Shown one piece after another: positions 45,733 to 55,090 of a stretch of 64,000 bases of DNA. This DNA is from an archaeon (GTDB lineage Archaea; Iainarchaeota; Iainarchaeia; Iainarchaeales; Iainarchaeaceae). Where the stretch lies: the NCBI GenBank assembly GCA_038046625.1, contig JBBSVV010000003.1, positions 4,017 through 68,016 of the forward strand, in the 5' to 3' direction. Each line of letters starts with the position of its first letter. The first letter of the stretch is position 1. The notes beneath the pieces were generated by a model. It saw nothing but the letters and a program-made list of their open reading frames with translations, was not told the origin of the DNA and did not search any database. Both the position numbers and the translations under genes were made by a program.

Positions 45733-46685
45733 TATCCGGCACCTCCAACCAACAGGCCTGAGAGTATCTCCGCAGCTATGTAGGCTGAATATGCGATAAA
45801 CAAGAGGATTGGGAAGTATATAATACTTTTCCCGGCCTTTCCGTCGCGCATGATGCTTATCATCACGCTTGTGATCGCCGTTTCAATGAAGATGTACGCT
45901 TCTATCGAGATGCTTATTATGCCGAGCGCCTTTATGGCTGAAGCCTGTTCCGCGGCCGAGGCCACTCCTGCTGACGCGGTGAGGAGTACGTGCGTTATTG
46001 TTGAGACAAATCCGAAAATCATGGGTGCGATTGCGCCTCCCGCTGCAAACATGAATATTACCTGCATTGCGGTTCTCGCCTTTCTGTCCTTGTTTATCCT
46101 GAATGCCTCGCGCACATCCTCCGAAATTTCTTCGAGCACTCCAGCAAGGCCCGCCCCTGCCCTCACAGAGTCGATTATTATCGTTATTGTCCTCTTCACG
46201 AGCCTCGAATCCACGTTTTCGGACAGTGTTTTGAGCGAGTTGTCGAAGTTTTCGCCTTCCTCGAGCTTCCTGAGCACTTCGTTCATTTCCTTTTTCAATG
46301 GCCCGTATTCTGATGTCGCGATTTCCCTCAATGCATACTCGTATGTTCCCCCTGCCTTTAGGGTGTCCGCCATCTGCCTCAATGCGTCGGGCAGCGCTTC
46401 CTCTATTTCCTCAATTCTTTTTACCGCCATCAGGTATGGGTAACCAATCATGAGGTCGATAACCACGACGAACGCGAGCACGCCGACCTGTATGTTCCTC
46501 GTTATTCCCGCCTGCCCCAAAAAGTACCAAGTGCTCAACCCGATAATTACGGAAGCGAGCACCGAGAGCATTATCCAGAGCACTGGGTCCACCCTGAATT
46601 CCGCGCTTCTCAGGTAGTCCGCATATTTCTGCACGAACTGGATTTTGTTTATCAGCGGTATCTTGCTTGCAAGCCTTAGGGCCAT
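45732..46685 (-). CDS. Type II secretion F / TadC-like membrane platform protein
   Basis: IEEALPDALRQMA..LKAG, EYGPL..E; start MALRLAS after GGAGG. Confidence 0.9.
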   Translation of the reverse strand: MALRLASKIPLINKIQFVQKYADYLRSAEFRVDPVLWIMLSVLASVIIGLSTWYFLGQAGITRNIQVGVLAFVVVIDLMIGYPYLMAVKRIEEIEEALPDALRQMADTLKAGGTYEYALREIATSEYGPLKKEMNEVLRKLEEGENFDNSLKTLSENVDSRLVKRTITIIIDSVRAGAGLAGVLEEISEDVREAFRINKDRKARTAMQVIFMFAAGGAIAPMIFGFVSTITHVLLTASAGVASAAEQASAIKALGIISISIEAYIFIETAITSVMISIMRDGKAGKSIIYFPILLFIAYSAYIAAEILSGLLVGGAG

Positions 46686-46704
46686 TTCATCCCCTCCTCC
46701 CGCA

Positions 46705-46790
46705 CAATAGTTTCGTCCGAGAATGCGCCTCGGAAGGGTGCCAAGATTGTTGGGTACGACTGCTATCTTCGCCGTGGGGCTCGATAGTAA
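46705..46790 (+). repeat. Family A structured element at tadC/tadC junction
   Basis: CAATAGTTTCG TCCGAG..CTCGGA..TTGTTGGGTACGAC..CTATCTTCGCC-gtgg-GGCTCGATAGTAA. Confidence 0.85.
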
Positions 46791-46813
46791 AAACATTTGC
46801 GTGTGTCATTTTT

Positions 46814-47968
46814 TCATCCCACCTTCGGTTGGGTTATTTTTAAGTAGAACACGAGGAACCCAAGCACAAGCGGCATTGCAACCAAATAAATTGCCGCTAT
46901 TGCTATCGGGGACAATGCAACGCTTCCCACGGAAATCGGTGCATTGGTTATGGAGCCTATTATTCCGATGAAAACCGGCACCACTATTGCGGCGAAAATG
47001 TATATTACTCCGAAGAAGTTCATTTTTTCCGAGAACTCGCGGACCGCAATGCGCATGTCGAAGCTCACGTCCTCGGCAATTGTGTTCATTATGTCCGAGA
47101 GGTTTCCCCCGGTTTTCATTGCGCGTATTATGTGCAGGAGCGCGTTGCGCAGCGCCTTTGACTGTGTCCTTAAAGCGAAGTGCCTTAGCGCGTCTTTCGT
47201 GTCCGTTCCTTCCTCGACCTCGTTTATTGTGCGCGCGAATTCTTCGCTCAGCACGCCGTAATCTGAGGTCGCTATTGTCTGCAGTGTTTTGTAGAGGCCT
47301 ATTCCGGACTTTAATTCGGTCGCCATGTGCCTCAATGCGAAGGGCAGCTCCACGCTCATGGCGTCGCCCCTTCTTTGTGCGTTGCTTTTCGGTACGAGCA
47401 TCAGCGCTACAAGCGCGAACATTCCCACTGCGCCGGAAATGAGGATTGAGTAAAGCAGGTTCACCTTGTACACGAAGCTCAGTGCGGCAATGATTGCAAA
47501 TGAAAATATTCCCGCAAGCGTTGCGGCCGCAAGGGAAAGCGCGAGCCATTGCTGGAGCGAGTACTTCATGTTTGCGGAGTAAAGGTAATACCGCACATCA
47601 TTCGCGAGCGGCAATTTTTTTATGAGGCGTGAAACCGGGTCAAGCGGCAGCCTGAGCATCAGGTAAAGTTTTCCAAGGCTCTTTATCGCAGGGCTCTGGA
47701 ATTCCTGCAAATCTTCAACGGTCTGGACGTTTATTTTTGCCTGTTCGCCCTCGGCAATTATTCCCCTCAGCTCCCCAAGCTTTCCCCCGACTTCCTCGAA
47801 TTCAATGCCCTGTTCACGGTACTTTTTTTTCATGCGGTCGACTATTTTTTCTACCTTGTCCATGTCCACGGTTTCCTGCGCGTCCTTTCCCGCAGTCGTC
47901 TGCTTTTTTTCTTCCTTTTTTTCCTCGATTTTTTTTCTCAGGTCGCTCAAAGTGCTCATGGTGTTCAC
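46814..47968 (-). CDS. Type II secretion F / TadB-TadC-like membrane platform protein
   Basis: ELPFALRHMATELKSGIG, DYGVLSEEF, TGGNLS. Confidence 0.9.
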   Translation of the reverse strand: MNTMSTLSDLRKKIEEKKEEKKQTTAGKDAQETVDMDKVEKIVDRMKKKYREQGIEFEEVGGKLGELRGIIAEGEQAKINVQTVEDLQEFQSPAIKSLGKLYLMLRLPLDPVSRLIKKLPLANDVRYYLYSANMKYSLQQWLALSLAAATLAGIFSFAIIAALSFVYKVNLLYSILISGAVGMFALVALMLVPKSNAQRRGDAMSVELPFALRHMATELKSGIGLYKTLQTIATSDYGVLSEEFARTINEVEEGTDTKDALRHFALRTQSKALRNALLHIIRAMKTGGNLSDIMNTIAEDVSFDMRIAVREFSEKMNFFGVIYIFAAIVVPVFIGIIGSITNAPISVGSVALSPIAIAAIYLVAMPLVLGFLVFYLKITQPKVG

Positions 47969-50900
47969 TTTTTTTTCATTGAGTACTGCTTTACCGCTTC
48001 GGAGATTTCTTTCATGCTTCTCCTGTTTTCCTTCACGAGCTTTTCGAGGTATGCCGCCCTGTCCTTGACCTCGTCATCAAAGTCCTTTTTGGACATTCCC
48101 GCGAGTTCCTGGAGTTTTTGGGCGTAATTTATCTGGGCTTTTGTCCTTTTTAGGGAGTCTGTTACCGGGTCGCGCAGGTATACGGCTTCGGTTTTCGGCT
48201 TGCCTTCAAGGGCGCCGGTCACTTGGGCAATTTCGGTTATTCTCCTTATTGTCCCCATTTTCCTGTCGTGCAGCCTGTGCTGTACAACTATTATGTCGAG
48301 CCCGGAAAGCATTACTTGCGGCACGTTCATCGGCGGGTTTGTCACCCTCACGATTGTTTCCTGTGCCGAGTTTGCGTGCACTGTTCCGAGTGAATTTCCC
48401 ACGATTATTCCCTGTGCCACGAAATTATGGGGGTTCCTGCCGGTTTGCCTTTCTTCGCTTACCGTCAGGTCATATACAAATCCGTTGTATGGGTATGAGT
48501 GTATGGCAATTACCTTATCCCAGAAAATGTCGGATTCCGCGAGCAGCTTAAGCTTTGAGGATTCAATTCCCGCAGATTCAAATGCCTTGGCGAGTGCCCC
48601 GACTGCACGCCTGCTCGGCGTCCTTTCCCTTCTTTTGTAAAAACTTATTGCTCCTTGTGTTAATCCTGCCATTCTCGCAATTTCAGAATTGCTGTACCCC
48701 TTTTCTTTTTTTGCCGTTTTGAGCAGTTTTATTATGGTGCCGTTGCATTCTATGGTGTCGGTATTCGTGTTGCTTTCTTTTCCCCTGCCGAGCAGTTCCT
48801 CTATTTTCCTTATTTTTTCGGGGAATTTTACCGGGTAGGTTTTGTAGAATTTTTCCACTTGGTCTATTCCATAAATATAGAGCCTGTACCATCTGCTGTT
48901 GTGTGCGCGTGACTCGTATTTTCTGGAGGTTATCCCTTCCGTCAATAATGCATAGCGGAAAAAATCTATGTAGTGCTCGTTTGCGCATGAAATGACGATT
49001 GCATTGTTGTTTGCATCAACATGCCCTTCTGCGTCAAAAAAGCCCGCGACAAACCCGCGCAGGGAGTTCGTGTAGTGTGAATTGGACATTTTTGCTTTCT
49101 GCCTGCTTCCCGCGGGGATGTCAAGCATTTCCATAATCTTTGCGGTTTTCTTGAACCCGCTTATGTGCGCTTCATAGCATTGCTTTTGCGGGCGCGGGTT
49201 CACTATTTTCACGTGTGTCCCATCGAGGTTTTCTTTCATGTAATTTATGAATTTCGGGATTATGGTTTCCTCTTCTGTGTAGAGGTTTATTGAGCCTTCA
49301 TTGCACAGGTATTGCTTGCCGTTTTTTTTCCTTTGCCTTTTGTAATAGGTTATGTTTCCGTCACCGTGCAGCAGGCCACTCCAGTATTCGCTCTCGGTTT
49401 CTTTTGCGTTTTCTTCCCTGAGCAGCTTTCTCGGGGTTGCAATGTTTTGCCCTTCCTTGAGAGTGTCCGCCCTTGCCTGTTGAATGTTGTCCGCAAGAGT
49501 ATAGAATGGGTGGTTTCCCGTGCAGGTTAGTTCGCTGCCGGAAGCAAGCTTTATGTGGTAAACGTTGCCTGTGAAAGGCCTGCGCCTTGCCTGCACGATT
49601 TTTTGCCTGTTCACTTTCCCTTTGCCGTCCACAGAGTTGATGTGCTCATCGCCCACAGTGCACACTTCCCACTCTCCTTCTTTCCGGCTGCCGTTTTTCT
49701 GCAGTTGCTCTTCCGTGAATTGGCCGATTTCGCGTATTCCCGAAGTCAGCGCTATTTTTGCTTCGCCCGTAAGGCAACCGTCATGCCCCGTGTTGAATGC
49801 CGTGAACAATGAGAACGCCTCATCATGCCTGATTTCGCCGACAATTATCCTGTCAGGGCGCATTCTCAGGGAATTTTTCGTGAGTATGTCAAGCGTTACC
49901 TCTCCGGTTCCTTCAAGCCCAGGCGGCCTTGCTTCCATCCTTATCCAGTGCTTCAAGGGAAGGTTCAGTTCGGCCGTGTCCTCAATGGAAATTATCCTTT
50001 CTGTTTCCGGTATGAATGTTGCGAGCACGTTCAGCGTTGTGGTTTTTCCGGAGCCGGTTCCGCCTGAAATCAGTATGTTTGCGGGTTTCGTGCCCAAGCC
50101 ATCGGTGCATGCCCACAGGAATGCGGCGGTTTCCGCTTCAATGGTTTTGTTTTTTATGAGGTCTATTATTGTGTAAGGGTCTTCGCGGAACTTTCTTATT
50201 GTCAATGTGGAGCCCTGCACCGAAGCGGGGGGAATTGTTGCGTTGACCCTGCTTCCATCAGGGAGTCTCGCATCAAGGAGCGGGCTGCTGATGTCCACCC
50301 TTCTTCCTATTTGCCTTGCAATCCTGTTCACGAGATCCTGTATTTCATTGTCGTTGTAGAACTCGATGTTCGTTATCATCATTCCGTATTTCCTGTGGAA
50401 AATGTAAACCGGCCTGTTCGGCGCGATGACCATTATTTCCTCGAGCTTGTCATCGTGAATCAGGTCGTCTATTATTCCGTACCCTATCATTTCCCGTATT
50501 ACCGTGTTCGCATAAAAATCAAACCGCGTTTTTGGTATGTTGAGTTCCGGGGAGTCGCGGAGAATCTCAAGCACTTTCTGGTAGTAAACGTTCTTTCTCT
50601 GCTCCGGGTCGCGGATCTTGTAAGGCGTAATGCTGATTACCCTTGTCGCGGCCTCCTTGATGGTGTTGATTATTGTTTTTTCCGCCCCCACAGGCCTTGG
50701 CACGGGTATCCAGTAGTAAAGCAGGGGCTGTCCCGGGAGCTCGTAAATTTTGGCGTTTCCATAGGAATCAATGAGCTTTTTTTCGGATGTTTCCAGTTCC
50801 CTTTCCGCGGTGGATTTTTGTTCCTCGGGAACGCTTTCCGGGTTTTGCGGCGCGTTGATATTTTCCTGTGGCGGGAGCGTGCTCTTTATTTCCGCTATTT

Positions 50901-51204
50901 TCTGCTTGGCCAGCATCACTTCTTTGGCGGCTTTCTTCTCTTCATCTTCCTTGTCCTCGCTTTGCGCCTTTTCAGGTTCTTCGCTGCGCATCTGCTCAAG
51001 TATAAGGTTTTTTTTGCCCGGCAATGGCTTCGGTTCCGTGTGCCATGGCTTTTTCCCCTGGGCTTGTTGAATCTGTGCGGGATTTTTTTTTGCGGGCTCG
51101 GGCTTCACGGCTTTTTTTTGCGCGGCGTCTTCCGGCTTTCCGGGTTGTTTTGCGTCTTTTTTTGCCTTTGCCTTTTCAAATAGCGCGTCGAGATAATCTG
51201 GCAT
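47965..51204 (-). CDS. Pilus assembly ATPase (CpaF/TadA/VirB11 family) containing an intein
   Basis: EEIMV, GGTGSGKTT, IEDTAEL, RMRPDRIIVGEIR, NTGHDG|intein|SLGTVHANS. Confidence 0.93.
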   Translation of the reverse strand: MPDYLDALFEKAKAKKDAKQPGKPEDAAQKKAVKPEPAKKNPAQIQQAQGKKPWHTEPKPLPGKKNLILEQMRSEEPEKAQSEDKEDEEKKAAKEVMLAKQKIAEIKSTLPPQENINAPQNPESVPEEQKSTAERELETSEKKLIDSYGNAKIYELPGQPLLYYWIPVPRPVGAEKTIINTIKEAATRVISITPYKIRDPEQRKNVYYQKVLEILRDSPELNIPKTRFDFYANTVIREMIGYGIIDDLIHDDKLEEIMVIAPNRPVYIFHRKYGMMITNIEFYNDNEIQDLVNRIARQIGRRVDISSPLLDARLPDGSRVNATIPPASVQGSTLTIRKFREDPYTIIDLIKNKTIEAETAAFLWACTDGLGTKPANILISGGTGSGKTTTLNVLATFIPETERIISIEDTAELNLPLKHWIRMEARPPGLEGTGEVTLDILTKNSLRMRPDRIIVGEIRHDEAFSLFTAFNTGHDGCLTGEAKIALTSGIREIGQFTEEQLQKNGSRKEGEWEVCTVGDEHINSVDGKGKVNRQKIVQARRRPFTGNVYHIKLASGSELTCTGNHPFYTLADNIQQARADTLKEGQNIATPRKLLREENAKETESEYWSGLLHGDGNITYYKRQRKKNGKQYLCNEGSINLYTEEETIIPKFINYMKENLDGTHVKIVNPRPQKQCYEAHISGFKKTAKIMEMLDIPAGSRQKAKMSNSHYTNSLRGFVAGFFDAEGHVDANNNAIVISCANEHYIDFFRYALLTEGITSRKYESRAHNSRWYRLYIYGIDQVEKFYKTYPVKFPEKIRKIEELLGRGKESNTNTDTIECNGTIIKLLKTAKKEKGYSNSEIARMAGLTQGAISFYKRRERTPSRRAVGALAKAFESAGIESSKLKLLAESDIFWDKVIAIHSYPYNGFVYDLTVSEERQTGRNPHNFVAQGIIVGNSLGTVHANSAQETIVRVTNPPMNVPQVMLSGLDIIVVQHRLHDRKMGTIRRITEIAQVTGALEGKPKTEAVYLRDPVTDSLKRTKAQINYAQKLQELAGMSKKDFDDEVKDRAAYLEKLVKENRRSMKEISEAVKQYSMKKK
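48394..49776 (-). mobile_element. Intein (461 aa) with LAGLIDADG and HTH domains
   Basis: CLTGEA...TGNHPF...WSGLLHGDG...FVAGFFDAEG...VYDLTV...HNFVAQGIIVGN|S. Confidence 0.95.
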
Positions 51205-51257
51205 TCGGAATCCTACTAAAGGACAGTTTTCTTTTATATAAATATTACTTTATCGGG

Positions 51258-53174
51258 TCATTTCCTTTGCGCGGTTTCCTGCATTACCCTTTCCGCGAAC
51301 TTCTTTAAGGGTATGCCGAACTCGACTTTGCCTGTTCTGTCCCTTACTGCCACGGTTTTGGCTGTTTCTTCCTTTTCGCCCATATTCACTATGTATGGCA
51401 CCTTCTGCATCTGCGCCTCGCGCACTTTGAATGAAACGGTTTCTCCGCGCGCATCCAGTTCGCTCCTGATGCCCTGCGCAACAAGCTCATTATGAACCTT
51501 TTCCGCGTAAGAATTGTACTTTTCGCTCACTGAAATGACTCTTGCCTGCACGGGCGCCAACCAAACAGGAAATGCGCCCGCGTAATGCTCTATCAATATT
51601 CCTATGAAGCGTTCCATTGAACCGAATATTGCGCGGTGAATCATTACTGGTTGCGCTTCCTTGTCCCTGCTGTCGATATACTTTATTCCGAATTTTTCCG
51701 GCATCTGGAAATCCAATTGAACGGTTCCGAGCTGCCAGCTTCTTCCGAGAGAATCCTTGATGTGGAAATCTATTTTCGGGCCGTAGAATGCGCCATCCCC
51801 CTCATTGAGTTTGAATTCTTTTCCGCTCGCCTTCAAGGCATTTTTGAGCGCGGCTTCCGCCTTGTCCCACGTTTCCTTTGCACCCATTGCCTTTTCAGGC
51901 ATCGTGCTCAGTTCAATGCGATACTCGAACCCAAATGTTTTGTAGTAATGTTCCGCCAGTTCAAGGGTGCCTTTCACTTCGCTTTCAATCTGTTCGGGCG
52001 TGCAGAAGATGTGCGCGTCGTCCTGCGTGAATTTTCTCACCCTGAAAAGCCCGTTCAGCACTCCTGATAATTCGTGCCTGTGCACCAAGCCGAATTCCGC
52101 CATCCTTATGGGCAAATCCCTGTATGAGTGCCTTGCGTTCGCGTAAATAAGGATGTGGCCGGGGCAGTTCATGGGCTTTACAGCATACTCTTCATCGTCT
52201 ATTTTGGTGAAGTACATGTTGTCCTTGTAGTGGTCCCAGTGCCCGCTCTTGAGCCAGAGCTCTTTTTTGAGTATTATCGGCGCAATCACTTCCTGATAGT
52301 TCCTTTTCTTCTGCTCCGTGCGCGCGAATTCCTGCAAGGTGTTCCACAATTGCGTTCCCTTTGCGTGGAAGAAAATCGTTCCCGGAGCCTCATCCTGCAT
52401 CGAGAACAGATCGAGCTCCTTGCCGAGCTTCAAATGGTTTCTTTTTTCCGCTTCTTCCTTCTGCTTCAGGTATTCCTGCAGCATTGATTCTTTTGGGAAC
52501 GCTATCCCGTAAATTCTTTGGAGCGATTCCCTTTTCGAGTCCCCGCGCCAGTATGAAGCCGAGGTTTTCAGCAATTTTACCGCCTTGATTTTTTCCGTGT
52601 TGGAAACATGGCCGCCTTTGCACAAATCATAGAATTTTTCCTGCCTGTAAATGCTGAGCTTTTTTCCCGCTTCCGCGAATTCTTCTATGAGTTCCTGCTT
52701 GAACTTGTTCTGCGCGAATTTTTCCAATGCTTTTTTCTTGTCCACTTCCTCGCGCTCGATTTTCCTTTTCTCGGAAATAATCTGCATCATTTTCTTCTCG
52801 ATTTTCGCAAGGTCTTCCGGAGTAAAATTTTTCTTCACGAAAAAATCGTAGTAGAATCCCTCTTCAATCGGCGGCCCTATTGTGGGCTTTGCATCCGGAA
52901 ATAATGAAGTAACCGCTTCCGCGAGAACATGCGAGGCGGTGTGCCACAGGCTTTTTTTGCCTTCAATGTCTTCCCAAGTTAGGATTGAGAATTTCCCGTT
53001 TTCTTTAATTGGCAAATCGAGTTCGATTATTTTTTCGCCGAGCTTTGCCGAGAGCGCTGCCTGTGCGAGCCTCGGGCCTATTTTTTCCGCGATTTTTTCC
53101 GCTGTGGTTCCGGCTGCAAATTTTTGCTTCGAGCCGTCCGGAAATTCGAGTGTAATTTCGGCCATTTCAACCAA
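51258..53174 (-). CDS. thrS: Threonine--tRNA ligase (bacterial/eukaryotic type with TGS domain)
   Basis: HTASH, GPPIEEGFYYDF, DLCKGGH, KPMNCPGH, FTQDDAH, IHRAIFGSMERF. Confidence 0.96.
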   Translation of the reverse strand: MVEMAEITLEFPDGSKQKFAAGTTAEKIAEKIGPRLAQAALSAKLGEKIIELDLPIKENGKFSILTWEDIEGKKSLWHTASHVLAEAVTSLFPDAKPTIGPPIEEGFYYDFFVKKNFTPEDLAKIEKKMMQIISEKRKIEREEVDKKKALEKFAQNKFKQELIEEFAEAGKKLSIYRQEKFYDLCKGGHVSNTEKIKAVKLLKTSASYWRGDSKRESLQRIYGIAFPKESMLQEYLKQKEEAEKRNHLKLGKELDLFSMQDEAPGTIFFHAKGTQLWNTLQEFARTEQKKRNYQEVIAPIILKKELWLKSGHWDHYKDNMYFTKIDDEEYAVKPMNCPGHILIYANARHSYRDLPIRMAEFGLVHRHELSGVLNGLFRVRKFTQDDAHIFCTPEQIESEVKGTLELAEHYYKTFGFEYRIELSTMPEKAMGAKETWDKAEAALKNALKASGKEFKLNEGDGAFYGPKIDFHIKDSLGRSWQLGTVQLDFQMPEKFGIKYIDSRDKEAQPVMIHRAIFGSMERFIGILIEHYAGAFPVWLAPVQARVISVSEKYNSYAEKVHNELVAQGIRSELDARGETVSFKVREAQMQKVPYIVNMGEKEETAKTVAVRDRTGKVEFGIPLKKFAERVMQETAQRK

Positions 53175-53266
53175 ACTGATTTGTTGTGGGTAAAGAATAA
53201 GAAGGTTTTCTGCCGGAAAAACGGCGTTTTTTAAGTTATTTAAGACGTTTTGCGCTATTTTTCATT

Positions 53267-54526
53267 ATGAAAATCCAGATGGGTTCAGTGACTCCAAGCC
53301 CCGAGGTTTGCGTGCGCTGCAAGGGAAGGCTTTGGTGCGGGCCGAAATGCTTTATTTTGGAGAGATATGAAAAGAGGCAGTGGGCTGTTCATTCAGTTCA
53401 AAAGCGCGAGCTTCAGAGTGAATCTCCTCCCGGTGTTTTTGTGGGGTGGTATGGTTATCCCAAGATTACTTTGTCGCCGATGGCTCCTGCGCTTTCCCCT
53501 AAAGATTCTTGGATGACTGATGACACTGACAAATGGTTCGGGCTTTCAAGCGAAAAAATAATTGAGTTTAGGGAAAATTTGGTTCGCGGTTCAATGCCTG
53601 TTGAAGTGCATAAAGCAAGCGACCCTTCGTATCAAGTAAGCGAGATTCAGGAAACGCTTATGGCGAAGAAGTCTGTTGATATTGAAATGAAATTAAAATC
53701 AATTCCCACCGCGCGAGGCCTCTCGTTTTCCGATTTTCACGCTCCAATGGGGCCAAGTGCGGACCTTTCGGAATTCAGGATGACTGAGAACCCGAGCATT
53801 AATCCTAAAATAGATTACTTGGTGTCCGACACCGATGTGAAGGCGAAGGATGCAATGGTCGAGTTGTTTGACGCAGAAGTGGGCGTAAACCAGTTGCACA
53901 AAATCCTGAGTGCGGGGATGCTCGGAGTGAAGAAGAACAGGAAGTTTGTTCCGACGCGTTTCGCAATAACTGCAATCGATTCAAACTTATCTGAATATTT
54001 TATTGATGAAAAAATCAAATATTATCCGCATATTCAGGAATTCGAATTATATTCCTCTAATTATTTGGAAAACTATTTTTACATTTTGTTGGTTCCGAAA
54101 GAATGGAGTTACGAACTTATGGAGGTTTGGAAACCAGGTGCATCCTGGAATATTGAATCCAAAGAACCGACTTTTATGACTGATTACGAATTTTATGCTG
54201 GGAGAAAAGATTATGCTGAGAATACAGCCGGTGGTTACTACGCGGTCAGAATTGCTATTGCCGAGCAGTTGGAAAAAAGAAAGAAGCAAGCGACCGCATT
54301 AGTATTCAGAGAAATTGGTGATGCAGGGACGCCTGCGCTAGGCGTTTGGAAATGTCGTAATACAGTCAGAGCTGCCTTGGACAAGAAGCCGCTGACTTTT
54401 TCAACTGTCAATTTGGCCCTTGATTATATTGCCACAAAACTTACTGTTCCAATAAAATACTACAAAAAGAATAGTAAAATTCTGGATGTGCTTGCCCATC
54501 AAAGGACTTTGCTTGATTTTTCTTAA
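53267..54526 (+). CDS. nreA: Nre family DNA repair protein
   Basis: CVRCKG..WCG, SPPGVFVG..GYPK, VPTR.AITA.D, GGYYA, C-terminal PIP box QRTLLDF. Confidence 0.9.
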   Translation: MKIQMGSVTPSPEVCVRCKGRLWCGPKCFILERYEKRQWAVHSVQKRELQSESPPGVFVGWYGYPKITLSPMAPALSPKDSWMTDDTDKWFGLSSEKIIEFRENLVRGSMPVEVHKASDPSYQVSEIQETLMAKKSVDIEMKLKSIPTARGLSFSDFHAPMGPSADLSEFRMTENPSINPKIDYLVSDTDVKAKDAMVELFDAEVGVNQLHKILSAGMLGVKKNRKFVPTRFAITAIDSNLSEYFIDEKIKYYPHIQEFELYSSNYLENYFYILLVPKEWSYELMEVWKPGASWNIESKEPTFMTDYEFYAGRKDYAENTAGGYYAVRIAIAEQLEKRKKQATALVFREIGDAGTPALGVWKCRNTVRAALDKKPLTFSTVNLALDYIATKLTVPIKYYKKNSKILDVLAHQRTLLDFS

Positions 54527-54579
54527 CTGTGAATTTTTCGGTCCGCAATCATTAAAAACTTCATAATAACTCTTACTTT

Positions 54580-55074
54580 ATGGCACTGCCACAAAAACCC
54601 AGAAAAGGATTTGGCGACCGCGGCCTCATTATCTCAGGCAAAAGGCGCAAGGAAATAATGGAGTTGCGAAAAGAGGCTTTTGTGGAAATGTATAACAAGC
54701 CTCCGGGCAGTGTCACAATCAGGCATTTAGGCAGGGAAGACATATTCATCGGAAGGACAAACTCCGGGACTGTTGTGCTTAATCATGGTCAAGTCGAAGA
54801 ATTCAAGGCGCATTTTGGCCAGCTCAAGAAGCGCCCAAGTCTGCCAGATAGGGTGAAAGCCAATGAAATAGCGCTCAAAGCCCCTATAGGAAAAATAATT
54901 TTTTTTAGCGGCGGGGTATTGGTCAGGGCCAAAAATGGCGGAGTATCCGCCTTCTCCGAAGCCCTTTCTAATGAATTGGCGCGGTTTATGGCTGCTTCAG
55001 GAGAGATAACGTTTTCGTATTCCGGCTGGGTGTTTGAAAAGCGTCTCGACGGAATTTACTTCCTGGAAGATTGA
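54580..55074 (+). CDS. Hypothetical protein
   Basis: 164-aa ORF with TTAAAA box upstream. Confidence 0.55.
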   Translation: MALPQKPRKGFGDRGLIISGKRRKEIMELRKEAFVEMYNKPPGSVTIRHLGREDIFIGRTNSGTVVLNHGQVEEFKAHFGQLKKRPSLPDRVKANEIALKAPIGKIIFFSGGVLVRAKNGGVSAFSEALSNELARFMAASGEITFSYSGWVFEKRLDGIYFLED

Positions 55075-55090
55075 GTTCTTGATTCGTTCT

